Part shown: piece by piece, positions 12,661 to 26,597 of the stretch
Numbering within the stretch: the stretch's first letter is position 1
How the letters are laid out: each line of letters opens with the position of its first letter
DNA from: Octopus vulgaris
Lineage: Eukaryota
Assembly (NCBI GenBank): GCA_951406725.2
Contig: OX597829.1
Location: 50,654,001-50,718,000 of the forward strand
Direction of reading: 5' to 3'
DNA length: 64,000 nucleotides
The notes under the pieces: model-generated
Told to the model about the DNA's origin: nothing
The model's database searches: none
What the model saw: only the letters and a program-made list of their open reading frames with translations
Position numbers and translations under genes: made by a program

Positions 12661-13130
12661 TCACAGTAGAAGGCACTACTTGAAACCTTTGGTGATTTGT
12701 TGTTGCCTGCTTTCAAGTAGAGAATGACCTTGATAAGATGAAGGATAAAGTCTCAACTTTGGTAGAAATTGAACACTGAATGTAAAAGTGCTGGAAGATA
12801 TGCTGCCAAGCGTTTTGTCCACGACACAGACAATTCTGGCAGCTGGCAATAATAACATTACTTATACTTTTTGCCTTCATTTTAGCAGGAATGGGAGAGT
12901 TCTGTTGGTTTAATTCATAGTAAGAATGGTGCCCTGGGGTTTGGTGAGACCAAAATCTCCACAAACTTCAAACTGCTGCTGCTGTTGCTGTTGCTGCTGC
13001 TGCTGCCGCTACTGTTGCAGTGGTAACACCAACTATTTTACAGAGCATGGAGGGGGGTTCATAGCACCACCACCACCAATGAGGCTACTGCATAGCTCAC
13101 AAGACTATTTATTGATAAATAGATAGACAG

Positions 13131-13221
<91 letters not shown>

Positions 13222-13369
13222 TAAATAGATAGATAAATAAACAGACTGACAGAGAGATAGACAGAAAGTTAGATATACTTACATACATACATATATACAC
13301 AGATGTTAAAGGATGATGATGATGTTTGTGTATCTATTCATCTATATTTCTCTCTCTCTCTCTTTGTGT

Positions 13370-13403
<34 letters not shown>

Positions 13404-13642
13404 GTACATATATCAGTTGAGACGCAGTCCTATCTTTAATGTGTCTGTTCTAGAACTTAGCATGTTAGGTTTCTATTTCATCCAGGAGTTAAAAATCTTG
13501 CCAATAACTGCTGGGGTTAATCCCTTTTTAAATGGAACTGAATTTCATTACCAAAACTCATTGAATGGAAGAGAATTTCAGTCATCTGCTGCTGGTAATT
13601 TTCTTCCTTTTTTCTTTTTTTTTTTTCTGTTTTGTTTTGTAG

Positions 13643-13783
13643 GCAAGTATATGTCAAGAGAGATACGGTCCTGTTAGTATTCTGGTAAACAATGCTGGAG
13701 TGATGTATGGAGGAAAAGTCTTGGAACTTGCAGTGGAAGATATCGAAATGTCTTTCAAAGTTAATGTCTTGGCACATTTCAGA
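13643..13783 (+). CDS. DHRS3: Internal exon of the DHRS3-like SDR: ASICQERYGPVSILVNNAGVMYGGKVLELAVEDIEMSFKVNVLAHFR
   Basis: Strong poly-T acceptor (tttgtag) and AGA|gtgagt donor; 141 nt, phase 0-0. Contains the SDR NNAG motif and the conserved helix Asn (VNVLAHF). In frame with the previous exon. Confidence 0.92.
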
Positions 13784-15194
13784 GTGAGTAATCTTAAGAT
13801 TTCATTTTCTTTTTAAATCTTTGTTTAAATCTCAGATCATTGCTGATTGAGCTGACCAATATTTAAAGGCCATTCCAGCCATGACCAGCTTATATCAGGA
13901 ACTACATTGTCTGCAGTACTCTCTCTTTCTCTCTGTTTCTGCTTCTTCTACCTCTCTCTCTGTTTCACTGCCTCTCCCCTCTCTCTTTATCTGCCTGCCT
14001 GCCTATCTGTCTGTCTGTCTGTCTGTATATGAAATTTACAGAAAAACCAATGAAAACAGGTGTATGAACAAGGAGATGTATTAGTTTGATGGTCGGGAAA
14101 GTGAAAAAAATCTTTTATGGAAGGAAATAAGGTAACATAGAAGATTAATGTAAAAAATAAAAATTTAAAAAATAAAAAAAAATAAAAATAAAATAAAATG
14201 AAGCTGAAGCAAATTAACACCAAATATATAATGCTTGTGTTTTTATTAGCTAAACTGGCAACATGACTATCCCTAAATACAACAACATCTGTTTCAACAC
14301 ACGATTTCACATCAAGAATCTTGCAAAACGAACATATAAACATGTTTATTTATATATATATATATATATATATAAATTGTAGCAGACAAAAATTGTATCT
14401 TATGAGCACCAGAACTGCCAGAACACATCATGATTTCAGCCTACTGGACTTCTTCAGTGACAGGTATCTGGTCACTGCATCCCAGCCAAATCTTGCTGCC
14501 AATGTTTAGAATTTCAGTACCTTTTCAGTCACTGATATTACAAACAGCCAGCAGGATTACTAAAAAATAGAATTGTTAGCAGTGGAAGCATTAGCATTAT
14601 TATCGTTCTTTGACTTGACTCAAGTCTGGTCTTATTCCTAATAGAATTTATGTAGGTAGTGGGTTATTAGCTTTAATCTTAAATATCCACAAACTTTCAA
14701 TTGTCTTTCAATAGCTCAAAACCCTTCTGATAATCTTTCCTGTTCCTAAGAGGTAAACTTTCTGTTGAAACTCTACAGGACATTCTATTCCAATCACCTT
14801 CAACTGTTTGTCTACATCATTACTCACAGTCCCTAATTATCACAGGCACAACCTTTACAGTTTTCTTATTCCAAACTCTTGCAATTTCAAATTTTAAGAG
14901 ATTCATCATCATCATCATCATTTAACGTCCATTGTCCATGCTGGCATGAGTTGGACAGTTTGACTGAAGTGACATGCTGGAAGGTTGCGCCAGGATCCAG
15001 TCTGATTTGGCATGGTTTTCTATGGCTGGATGCCCTTCCTAACACCAGCGACACCGAGAGTGTAATGAGCGCTTTTACGTGCCACTGACACAGGTGCCAT
15101 TTGCATGACACCAGTATCTGCCATGATTGTGATTTTGCTCAGCTTGATGGGTCTTCTTTTCAAGCACAGCATAATGCCAAAGATCTTGGTCACT

Positions 15195-15430
15195 GCCTCC
15201 ATGAGGCCCAACACTTGAAAGGAGCTCAGCCATTTTCCTCCATGTGGCCCAACGCTTGAAAAGAACTCTGCCACCTCACCTCCATAAGGCCCATTTGAAA
15301 AGAACTCTGGCACCTCACCTCCATGAGGCCCAACACTCAAATGGAACTCGGCTACTTTGCTTCCATGAGGCCCAATGCTTGAAAGGAACTCAGCCACTTT
15401 GCCTCCATGAGGCCTGGCGTTTGAAGGGTG
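15195..15430. repeat. Tandem repeat of about 40 bp (gcctccatgaggcccaacacttgaaaggaactcagccacttt), about 6 copies, inside an RTE-type 3' UTR repeat (14905-15450, minus strand)
   Basis: Visible periodicity; the same unit occurs at 30000-30050. Confidence 0.75.
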
Positions 15431-15479
15431 GTTTCTTTTTACATGCCACCAATTTTTAAAATTTTCCATCTTCTTTCTT

Positions 15480-16310
15480 TACAATCCTGCAATCAAACGG
15501 TCATGCTGAATCAATTCGTAAGCAATTTCGCTTTTCCTGGTCTATTATTGTTGTGTTCTGGTTTATTATTTTTTAGCTTCTTATCTGTTTGAATAGGGAG
15601 ATCCCATAAAATCTTGCATTTCTCCAGCTCAAGCACTCTTTCAACCTGATAATCATACCAAGGTACTTCCAGCCTCAAATCCCCATTTCTGACAAAGCTT
15701 CCAGCACAAAACTTTCACAACTTGGTCATTTCTAATATTCTCTCTGAGCCAACTTGACACATTCTGCAACAATGTGTGCCATTCTTTCATCCCAAATTCC
15801 ATACACTCTGCATTTTGCTGATACCTCTTCCCCACGCACATACTTTCTCAAGATGTTTGTTTTTAACACTTAATCTTGAACTGTTATAATAAAGCTTTCT
15901 GTTTCTTGTTTTAATTTCCTTTTTTTCAACCAAGCATTATTATTATTATTATTATTCTTTTAACCTGCGTGTTTGTTGCAATCACTTGCTGAGACACACA
16001 GAGCACCTTAGGGCAAGTGAAGATTAAGAGGGTAAGTGATGAAGTCAGAACAGAAATACATTCATATAATACAACACAAACATTTAAATTGATAGGTTTT
16101 TTTTCAGAGGACGTAAGCAGTACTTGTCAGCACAATCTTTTGGGTTTCTTTGAGATATGGTTCTTCTGGGAAGTTGTTTAAGTGTTTCTGACATCCCTTT
16201 TTTTATCATACCTAGGGAATCTACAACAGTTTTGCTTTAAATTTCCACATTTTTTGTATTTCAATTTCCAGGTCCTTATTTTTACTAAGTTTGTCAAATT
16301 CCTTTACAGA
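15480..16310 (-). mobile_element. R4/Dong-like LINE fragments
   Basis: Minus strand gives EEVSAKCRVYGIWDERMAHIVAECVKLAQREY and QKIVLTSTAYVL. Confidence 0.55.
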
Positions 16311-16442
16311 TTTGTTATTATTGTTGTTGTTGTTATTGTAACAGAGATTTTAAAAAATTTTTCCTTCAAAAATTATGAGGAGAGAAAAAATTTCATGCCT
16401 CTATTTGCAGCTAACAGAAATGTCAAAATAATCTAAAATATT

Positions 16443-16480
<38 letters not shown>

Positions 16481-17133
16481 GCAGCAGCAGCAGCAGCAAC
16501 AGTAACAAAATAAGCAACAAAAATAATAAAATAATGCATGAAGAACCAGATAAATATTTCACCAAAATATCTAAAATAACTCAAAGAAATTCATTTCTTC
16601 TTTACAACAATATTTTCTAAGTTTGTTCAATTTTTTTTACTTTTTATTAATTTTTTTAATACTCAACCAAAGTGTTCTTTTAATACTGCACATTTTAGAT
16701 AAAGATAATTCCACACACAAAGAATTCAGTAGGCAGGGAGAATCGCAGAGAAGTAAATCTTTTATTCATTAGAATTTCATTCAATGAAACGTACCTCTGA
16801 AATGTCAGAGAAAAAGAAACTATTTTATGTATTTATTTATCTATTAATCTATTTATTTAATTATTTCTATTGTTTTCTTTGGGAGGGGGTTGTTTTTTTT
16901 TTTGTTTGTTATGGACACAACAAGATGGCTGCTTGGCTGTATCATGAGAGCGTGTGTGCAAAATTCATTTTAGATTCATTTAAGTCCATGGCTCCCTATG
17001 GAGCATATAAGCCATTGACGACTTTTCTTTGCTGTTCTCGATTCTGGACTTTGTAGTTTGATTCCTGTTCTTTCAGCTCTGCATCAGTGTCCTGATTCCA
17101 TCAATTTTTACTGTTCTCTGTTCCATTTGCCTT

Positions 17134-18083
17134 GTATCAGAAAGTTCCCAGACTAGTTATTATGTTTAATGAAAAATAACTTATTTACCTTAGTTTTAAC
17201 ATCATCTCCTTCGAAATAGTCCCCTTGTGCAGTAATCCACTGGTCCCAGTATTTCTGCAACTTTTGGAATCTGGCCTGGAAGTAATTTTCCATAAGCGAT
17301 TCAAAGATCTTCTGCAATTTGCTCTGGATCTCAAGAATAGTATTAAAATGGTGACTTTTGAGGTTAATTTTTATCTTGGGGAAGAGGTAGACGTCCACAG
17401 GAGCTAAATCTGGTGAATGGGCAGGTGTGGAAGCGATACCATGTTGTTTTTCATGAGAAACTCACAAGAGAGAAAAGCTCAGTGGCAGGGATGCATTGAC
17501 ATCATGAAGAATCCAATTCTTTACGTTCCATAGATTTGGTCGCTTTTACCGAATATCCTCCCTCAAACACTTCAAAACATTGCCGTAAAATTCTCAATTG
17601 ATGGTGTGACCCTGGGCGGGGGCGTGGAATCCTCAAAGCACAATACCACATTTCCCGAGGTGGTCTTGCCCTGGGGGTGGAATCCTCAATGCACAACACC
17701 ACATTTCCTGAGGTGACACTCATAGCAAATCTTCCAGATCACTCATCATCTCCCACTTTTGAAGTACCTGTGCCTCTTTGAAACATGGCGTATACAACCC
17801 ATTACCACATCACTGCAAGCTTGCTGAAGCATCCTCAATGTCTCTGTAGCAAATTTCCCAAGTTTAACGCAAAATTTCACATTGGCTCTTTGTTCTTGTC
17901 CGTGACAAAAAATCACAGACTACAGCATACATGTGATCACAAAAACACAACTTGCAAAGCAAACACAGTGATGTCACTCAGCACACTTCTTCATGAAGGT
18001 CACTGCTAATTCTCAATGCACATACAACCATGTGCTGCCATCTGTTGGTGTGCTACAGAACTAGTCCAGAAACTTCCTAATAC
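17134..18083 (-). mobile_element. Internally deleted mariner element; partial copy of the same family at 31636-32100
   Basis: TIRs gtatcagaaagttcccagactagtt / aactagtccagaaacttcctaatac; transposase remnants FQKLQKYWDQWITAQGDYFEG and, in the second copy, WILHDDNAPCH...PYSPDLA. Confidence 0.8.
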
Positions 18084-19971
18084 TTCCTCAAGGAAAGGTC
18101 TTCCTCCCTCAAGTCTTGTTGGTTTGAAATTGTCATCAATTCTTCTGTAGCTGTCTAGGTAAGGATGTTAGCTTTACTAATAGTATAATTATAACTATAA
18201 CTATGTAATATGTATGTGGTATTACTTTACTTAAGGCTTTTGCCACCCTATGGAGCCTAAGCCATCGATGGCTTTCCTGCCCTGTTCTTAACTCTGGGCT
18301 ATCTTTCCTGCTCCTTTCCAGTTGGATCTCTGCATTTTCAGCTCTGATTCAATATCCCACCTCCAGCTATTTTTAGGTTTTCTTCTTTTTTGTTTCTTTT
18401 ATGAGTTCCTGAGCAGGGCCTGGTATGTAATGCCAGATGTTGGTTTCCATAAGCTGTGGATAATCCATCCCTTCTTCCACTTGATTTTGTTGTACTGCAT
18501 CATGCATTTCCTTGAAGGAAGGCCTTCCTCTCTCCAAGGTCTTGTTGGTTTTGGAACTGCCATCAATGCTACAGCAACTTTGGTTTTCTATTCCTATACA
18601 TGGATGCTGGCCCTGTGCAAACCCATTTTTACTTCTGATAAGAGGTGGTCACTACAAGTCTGGCATCTATCCTTCTACCTGTCCCATATGGGGGACCGTA
18701 CAAGGAGCTTGTGCACCTCTGGCATAGTTCTCAGGGTTATTAGGTACACATACTACACCAAGACTGTAACAAGGGTAGGACATTGTGGTGGCTGTGCTCA
18801 TGAACCAAAAAGAAATCTCAAAGGTTGAATGAAAATGGATACAGATGTGATATTTGTTTTGGCTGTCTGTATCCTGTGTTCAAATTTTGCTGAGAGTAGA
18901 TTTACTCTCCTTCCTTTCAGGGTCAAGGAAATAATTTATCAATCCTGTGTGTTGGTTTGCTAAAATTGTTAGAGCATTGGACAAGGGTCTCTTGTGTTAT
19001 TTATTCCACCAGGCAAAGCCACCTTGGAGAATAAATACCTTGTCAGGAGCTCTAGGGTGGCTTATTTACACCACCTGGTACTTGGGTGCATTTACCCACA
19101 TGTAAGCTTTTTAGTTTAGGTCTCTGGTTTGAGGATAACAACACTTCTTTCTCCCAGCTGTCACAGTATGCCGCCATCCACCAAAATGAAGTGTCTTGAA
19201 CTCTGGCCTTTTCTCCCTGACTACACAACAAAAACAAAACAAGGCCGTCTCCAACTTCTTTCTATCCAAAAGGAACTTTTTAAAACCCACTATGTACATG
19301 CCTTTATAGCTTTATCTACTTCAAGTTACCCTGTTACAACAGTAAAATAAACATATTTTAGCCTACATCAAAAGAGCAAGTCTATAGCAGAAATCTGTTA
19401 ATGAAGAGTCTATAAAAGGAGCCTGTTACATAATCACTTGACCTGTTAGAAATAACAGCAAACTATTCTTCAAACTATTCTGTAGAGTCCTTGCTTTTTG
19501 TTTGTTTTGTTTTGTTTTTGTTTTGTGTGTGTTTTTGTTTTGTCTTGTTTTAATGGCCAGAACAAAGAGAGTTCATATTTGGTAATGAACAAACATGTAA
19601 ACTTAATTACGCAATGTCTGAAGAGAAAGAAGTAAAAAGACCAGTTATTTAATTGTCATCGCTAGAATATCTTTGGTCATAGACCTACTCGATCAAAACA
19701 CCACCACCATCACCACCACCACCAACAACAACAACAGCAGCAGCAGCAATGACAATAGCAACAAGAACATTATCAACAACAACAACAAAACAACACAATC
19801 AATAACATCAACAACATCACTACACAACCATAACAACCACAACAATAACAATTTTCTATGAATTGGGAAACAGGATCTCATTAAGTAATGACAAACATGA
19901 ATGACAGATGCATTTCTCTTCTAAATAGTTTAATTAATCAAATGACAGGTGATGCTCTAACGAACTCAGAG

Positions 19972-20582
19972 TCTTCCTTCCTTCTTTCTTTTTCTTTTTT
20001 CCTTCTTCCTTCCTTACTTTTTACTTCTTTCTTTCTTTTACTTTCTTCCTTCCTTTTTCTTCTTTCTTTCTTTTCTTGTTTCTTTCTTTCTTCATTTTTC
20101 TTTCTTCCTTTCCTTTCTTCCTTCTTTTCTTCTCTTTTTCTTTCTTCCTTCCTTTTTTCTTTCTTTTTCTTTCTTCCTTTCCTTCTTTCCATCCTTCCTT
20201 CCTTCTTTGTTTTCACTTTCTTTTTTCTTTCCTTCTTCCTTTTCACTCTTCTTTCTTTTCTTCTTTTTCTTCTTTTCTTTTCCTTTCTTCTTTCTTTCTT
20301 TCCATCTCTCTTTTTCTTTCTTCCTTACTTTTTCTTTCTTCCTTTCCTTCTTTCTTTCTATTCTTCTTTCTTTCCTTATTTGTTTCTTTCCTTCCTTTTC
20401 CCCCTCCTTTCCTTTTTCTTCTTTCTTTCCTACTTTCTTTTTCTTTCTTCTTTTCTTCTCTCTTTTTCTTTCTTCCTTTCCTTCTTTCTGTCTATTCTTC
20501 TTTCCTTCCTTCCTTCTTTCCTTCTCTCTCTTTTTTCTTTCTTTCCTCTTCTTTCCTTTCTTTTCTTCTTTCTTTCTCTCTT
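19972..20582. repeat. About 610-bp near-pure polypyrimidine low-complexity tract
   Basis: Almost only C and T on the plus strand; produces spurious F/L/S-rich and K/E/R-rich ORFs. Confidence 0.95.
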
Positions 20583-22329
20583 GCATTATTCATTTACTTG
20601 CATCCATACATTGTCTTGTGTGAAATTGCACTGGTTACAGGTTTCCAATGGACCGTTCACGGGTCAATTGATCTTGCCAGTGAGAAGAGTAACAAGGGAG
20701 TGTCTGTGCAACTTGGGTAGAAATTTATTAAGACAAATTTCCAACAGCTGGATGCCCTTCCTGTCACCAACCTTTATCTGTTTCCAAGCAAGATAATAGT
20801 CACCCATACCCAGGCATGTTCTTGCAGAATATTAGAAATGAATGACACTGCTTTTAGGACTGTGACACTCATTTACAATCATCACATATTATCAAGACAA
20901 GGAGACATTCACACACACACACACATGTGATAGGCTTCTTCTCAGTTTCCATCTTCCAAATCCACTCGCTTTGCTTTGGCCAGCCCAGGAACAGAGGAGA
21001 GACTTTTGTCCAAGACGTCACACAGTGAGACCGAGATTGAATCAAGAACCAAGTGGTTAGGAAACAAAATTCTACTACAAAGTCATGCTCATGCTTGTAT
21101 GTATATATATATGTGCGTGTGTGGAGGCACGTGGCTTAGTGGTTAGGGTGTCAGCATCACAATCGTAAGATTGTGGTTTCGATACCTGGACCGGGCGACG
21201 TGTTGTGTTCTTGAGCAAAACACTTCATTTCACGCTGGTCCAATCCACTGAGCTAGCAAAGATGAGTAACTCTGCGATGGACTGGCATCCTGTCCAGCTG
21301 GGGAACACATATGCCATTGAAACTGGGAAACCAGGCCCATGAGCCTAGCTAGGCTTTAAAGGATGTATTTATTATTTATATATATATATATACTAGTTGA
21401 CCCTGTGCCGGCAAAAATTATGGCAAATTGTAGTATTTTTTATATGAATAAGGTACAAAATAAGGTACATAATAATCATGCATACAAACATTCACACACT
21501 TCTTTTGTATATGCACAGACATACACACATATACTCACACGGAGTTGAAACGCTGAGTTTTTGGTTTCACTCCTCCCTTCCTTTATCACCCCTTCCTTTC
21601 TCCATTGAGAATTAATGGGTTAAGCCCCCATTAATGGGTCTTTCAACTTCTTAGGAGTTAGTAAGACCCATTAATGGGGGCTTAACCCACACAATTTAGT
21701 CATTTTTTCTACACCAACACAAATACAATTGTAGTCTTGGAAGCTGTAGAGTTGCCCAAGGATACAAGATGAGCGTTATTTGTAATTCAATGGTACAAGA
21801 GTGTAAGAGTTTGCTTTGAGATATACTTAGATTGTAATTTCTGCAATGTGGTGCATAAATTGTCAAGTAAAGAAGAGGCATCATTGCTTCCACTGATTCA
21901 GTTGCAAAGTGTTATTTTGAGTAAAGTTATTTGGTTGCAGACCTCCTTTGAATCTTTAGTTATCACTGGGTCAGAGATACCCATCAATTCAACTTCTCTG
22001 GTTGACTTTAAGATGCCCTGCCCCTCATAGTGGCCTTAACTCACACATTTTAGAGCTCAATGTGCTCCAATTTTCAGGAGCAAAAACTTTTGTATAGGTT
22101 TCATAAGATTTGGATTTTGGAATCTGGGCATAAAGATGAGTATGGGATAAATATGTCATAATTGGAATTTTTGTTAGGGTGTGTAAAGAGCAAAAGAACC
22201 CCAATTAAAATTCTTATCTCTAATTTTGATGACATTCGAATCATAGGTATTCTAGTTCATTAGAGAAAATATAAAAGAAAAGTCTAATTCTTCAATTCCA
22301 TGTGACACAAGCAATGCCAGGTATCTCTG

Positions 22330-22375
<46 letters not shown>

Positions 22376-22378
<3 letters not shown>

Positions 22379-22775
22379 AAGAGAGACGAGCAAAGACTGG
22401 TAACGGCTTAAAGAGCCATGGAGAGGTCAATGCTTGGTATCTCGTTGCGAGAACACATAAGTAGTGAGATCATCAGAAAGAAGTCAGGCGTGAGAGATGT
22501 CATCGCAGAGTATACACGCAGCAAGTATAGATGGGCTGGACACGTCGCGCGGCTTACCGATAATCGGTGGATGCACGCAGTTGTCGAGTGGTACCCGCAT
22601 GAGCGGAAAAGACCACCCGGAAGACCTCCACGATGGTGGAGTTACGATTTCAGGAGGACGATTGGGATCACGTGGATTAAAAAGGCGCAATCCAGAGAGG
22701 AGTGGACAGCGTGCTGTGACCAGCGGTGTCAGATGGACGCCTGACAGACTGGTCGGTCAAGGGGATCAAGGTGAT
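22376..22775 (+). mobile_element. 5'-truncated RTE-clade LINE 3' end inserted in (TA)n
   Basis: RAMERSMLGISLREHI...WAGHVARLTDNRW...WYPHERKRPPGRPPRWW; CpG-rich and open from 22418 to 22744. Confidence 0.85.
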
Positions 22776-23367
22776 ATATATACACACAAATATATAAAAA
22801 CACTATGATCACTATTACATGAGGATATATATAAGCACCCATTACACTCTCAGAGTGGTTGGCGTTAAGAAGCCATAGAAGACCATGCCAAATCAGACTG
22901 GATCTTGGCACAGCCTTCCAGCTTACCAGCCCTGGTCAAACAATCCAACCCATGCCAGCATGGACAATGAATGCTTAAATGATGATGATAATGATGATGA
23001 TGATATATATATATATATATGCATATATATATGACCGTGTGACTGACCGGACTATCAGTTGTTACCACATCACTGGTCACACTGCACATTGCATTATTTT
23101 GGCCTTCAAACAACACCATCCAGTCGGCTAGGTGAGTAGGCCAACATTATCCCTTGATTGAAAGGGAGATTGGAGCCTCGTGAAAGCACAATGCACCGTC
23201 TTGCCTGAGAATTGAACTCACAATAGCAATCGTGAGTGCAACAGGCCATGCACCTTCACTACATATACATATATATATATATGTATAAGGATGAAAAGAA
23301 GCACACGAGTTGATATATATGAAAAAACAAGTCAGGATAGAAAATGCTAAAATAATTTTATAAAGAA

Positions 23368-23415
23368 CATTTCAGTACCGGTTTCGGTCATTTTGAGACC
23401 TTTTCAACTGTAACG
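23368..23415 (-). ncRNA. Type I hammerhead ribozyme motif, U3-A8 core variant, within a (TA)n-flanked element (about 23288-23530)
   Basis: Minus strand: cgttacag-TTGAAAA-ggtc tcaaaat gacc-GAAA-ccg-GTA-ctgaaatg; 4-bp stem II with a G-C closing pair, palindromic stem III, stem I 7 of 8 paired. Confidence 0.72.
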
Positions 23416-23529
23416 ATTAAATAATTAAATTGAGAAAAATTAAAAGAAAAGTTTTTTTTTAGAGGATATTTGTATAGGGTTCAAATATAAGTGGCATTTT
23501 CCTTGTTTCTGCTTTGCTCTGTCTCTCTT

Positions 23530-23575
<46 letters not shown>

Positions 23576-23578
<3 letters not shown>

Positions 23579-23890
23579 GTATGTATGTATGTATGTATGT
23601 ATGTATGTATGTATGTATGTATGTATGTATGTTATGTATGTATGTATGTATGTATGTATGTATGTATGTATGTATGTATGTATGTATGTATGTATGTATG
23701 TATGTATTTATGTATGTATGTATGTATGTATGTATGTATGTATGTATGTATGTATGTATGTATGTATGTATGTATGTATGTATGTATGTATGTATGTATG
23801 TATGTATGTATGTATGTATGTATGTATGTATGTATGTATGTATGTATGTATGTATGTATGTATGTATGTATGTATGTATGTATGTATGTA
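23576..23890. repeat. (TATG)n microsatellite; further long compound (TATG/TACA/TA/TG) arrays at 2070-2350, 26080-26615, 27075-28090, 38395-38920, 40265-40890, 43410-43810 and 60385-60820
   Basis: Directly visible. Confidence 0.97.
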
Positions 23891-25368
23891 CACACATATA
23901 TATATATACAAGAAGAGAGAGAAAAAACAAAAGAATGGAGAGTTATGCTTGATACTGGTGTCACACAAATGGCAAAAAGTTAAAATTCTTTTGTCGATGA
24001 CACTCCCCGGACCCTAAGTAAGGCATGTGTAAAATTTGAATGAAATTGGTTGCCTAGTTCTCAAGTTTTAGGGAAACACACAGACAGACAGACAGACAGA
24101 CACACACACATTCTCAGTTTTATATATATATAGATTGCATATATGTGTGTGTGTATCTCCACCACTACCACCTGAAAATCAATGTTGGTTTGTTTACTTC
24201 CCCATAACTTTCCAGTTTCAGCAAATGAGACTGACGGAATAAGCACCAGATTTAGAGCAAAAAGAAAAAGAAGTACTGGGAGAGAAGTGGGGGAGGGGTG
24301 AGGTATTCGATCTGTTTGACCATAATTCATGCCAGGTGCTCCCTGGCATGGCAGCAGTCTAGTAACTGAAACAAAACAAAGCAAAAAAAAAAAACAAACG
24401 ATAAATGTCCACAGTTGAAATATCTTTAATCATAAGTCTACTCAATCAGAGCTGACTTGGGGCTATACATATTTCTTTACTGCCCACAAGGGGCTAAACA
24501 CAGAGGGGACAAACAAAGACAGACAAACGGATTAAGTTGATTACAACGACCCCCAGAGCGTAACTGGTACTTAACTTATCGACCTCGAAAGGATGAAAGG
24601 CAAAGTCGACCTCGGCAGAATTTGAACTCAGAACGTAAAGACAGACGAAATACCGCTAAGCATTTCACCCGGCGTGCTAATGTTTCTGCCAGCTCGCCGC
24701 CTTGCTATACTTGGGGCTATAAAACAACAACACCAACACCACCACCAACAACAACTTCATGAGCTATATATGCAAATTTTCTTACTCTAAGCCTTTCCCC
24801 CTGGTTTTACTCTTTTACTTGTTTCAGTCATTTGACTGCGGCCATGCTGGAGCACCGCCTTTAATCGAGCAACTCGACCCCAGGACTTTATTCTTTTGTA
24901 AGCCCAGTACTTATTCTATCGGTCTCTTTTGCCGAACCGCTAAGTAACGGGGACATAAACACACCAGCATCGGTTGTCAAGCAATACTAGGGGGACAAAC
25001 ACAGCAGACACACAAACACACACACACACACACACACATACATATATATACATTTATACGACAGGCTTCTTTTCATATTCCATCTACCAAATCCACTCAC
25101 AAGGCATTGGTCGGCCCGGTGCTATAGTAGAAGACACTTGCCCAAGGTGCCACGCAGTGGGAATGAACCCGGAACCATGTGGTTGGTGGATAATTTTTGG
25201 CATCTGGCTTCTTGAAATAGTTTCTTGTAATTCTTGTATTTTTCTCCCCATTTCTCACTTAACTCTTTTATTCCCATATCTTTTCTTTTCCGCTCTCTAA
25301 AGCCATTTACTCTACAGTAATCTTACATTTCTGTGTTCCACCACCAATGTGTCACCTGCCTCATGGTT

Positions 25369-25408
<40 letters not shown>

Positions 25409-25475
25409 TCTCTCTCTTTCTCTCTGATCTCTCTCTTCCTTTCTCTCTCTCTCTGATCTCTGATCTCTCTCTTCC

Positions 25476-25533
<58 letters not shown>

Positions 25534-25601
25534 TCCTCTCTCTCTCTTTCTCTCTGATCTCTCTCTTCCTTTCTCTCTCTCTCTGATCTCTGATCTCTCT
25601 C

Positions 25602-25640
<39 letters not shown>

Positions 25641-25787
25641 CTCTCTCTCCTCTATCCACCTATTTTTTTCATTTGTTCCTTAGAAACAACCAGCTGTCAA
25701 CTCTTTGTTTTATCACTCTCTCTCTCTCTCTCTCTCTTTTTCCTCTCTCACATTCTCACACCCATACTCACGCACATTTATACACAG

Positions 25788-25823
<36 letters not shown>

Positions 25824-25951
25824 GCACATGCACGCAGCTCTATCAGGAACAGGCTCCTATATGTCCATTGCAATTTTCTTCTGTATCATTTCTGGATGTT
25901 CCAGGGTTTCTATCCATATATCTCTTCCACTTGATACAAACGCATATACAT

Positions 25952-25992
<41 letters not shown>

Positions 25993-26556
25993 CAAGAGGG
26001 AAAGGTAGACACACAGACAGACAGACAGACAGACAGATAGGTAGATAGACAGATGTGTAGATAGATAGATACACATATGTATAGACACACACACACACAC
26101 ACATATAATACAGACCTGCATACACATACATTCATACAACACACACACATACATATTCATACATACATACATGCATACTTACATACACACACATACATAC
26201 ATACACACATACATACATACATACATGCATACATACATACACACACACACACACGCACACTAATACATACACACACACACACACACACAGGCATACATAC
26301 ATACATAAATACATACATATATAATACATACACTTACATACACACATACATACATACATACATACATACATACATACACGCATGCATACATACATACATA
26401 CATACATACATACATACATACATACATACATACATACATGCATACATACACATACATACACGCATGCATTCATACATACATACATACATACATACATACA
26501 TACATAATAAATACACATACATACATTCATACATACATACATAAATACATACATAC

Positions 26557-26597
<41 letters not shown>

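Larger units (their letters stand above)
21393..24134 (-). mobile_element. Helitron-like non-autonomous termini: 5' A|TC at 24134 and 3' CTAG|T at 21393; may be one element with nested insertions or two separate relics
   Basis: Minus strand starts a|tctatatatatataaaactgagaatgtgtgtgtgtctgtctg and ends gccggcacagggtcaactag|t; a second 3'-like end gcaatgccaggtatctctgcta lies at 22310-22332 (+). Confidence 0.45.

Noticed and set aside
19888-20796. 302-aa F/L/S-rich ORF and overlapping K/E/R-rich ORFs
   Set aside because: These are translations of a polypyrimidine tract that lacks stop codons by composition.
21122-21195. tRNA-like sequence
   Set aside because: It continues directly into SINE body sequence and lacks a proper acceptor stem; it is a SINE head, as are the other tRNA-like segments.
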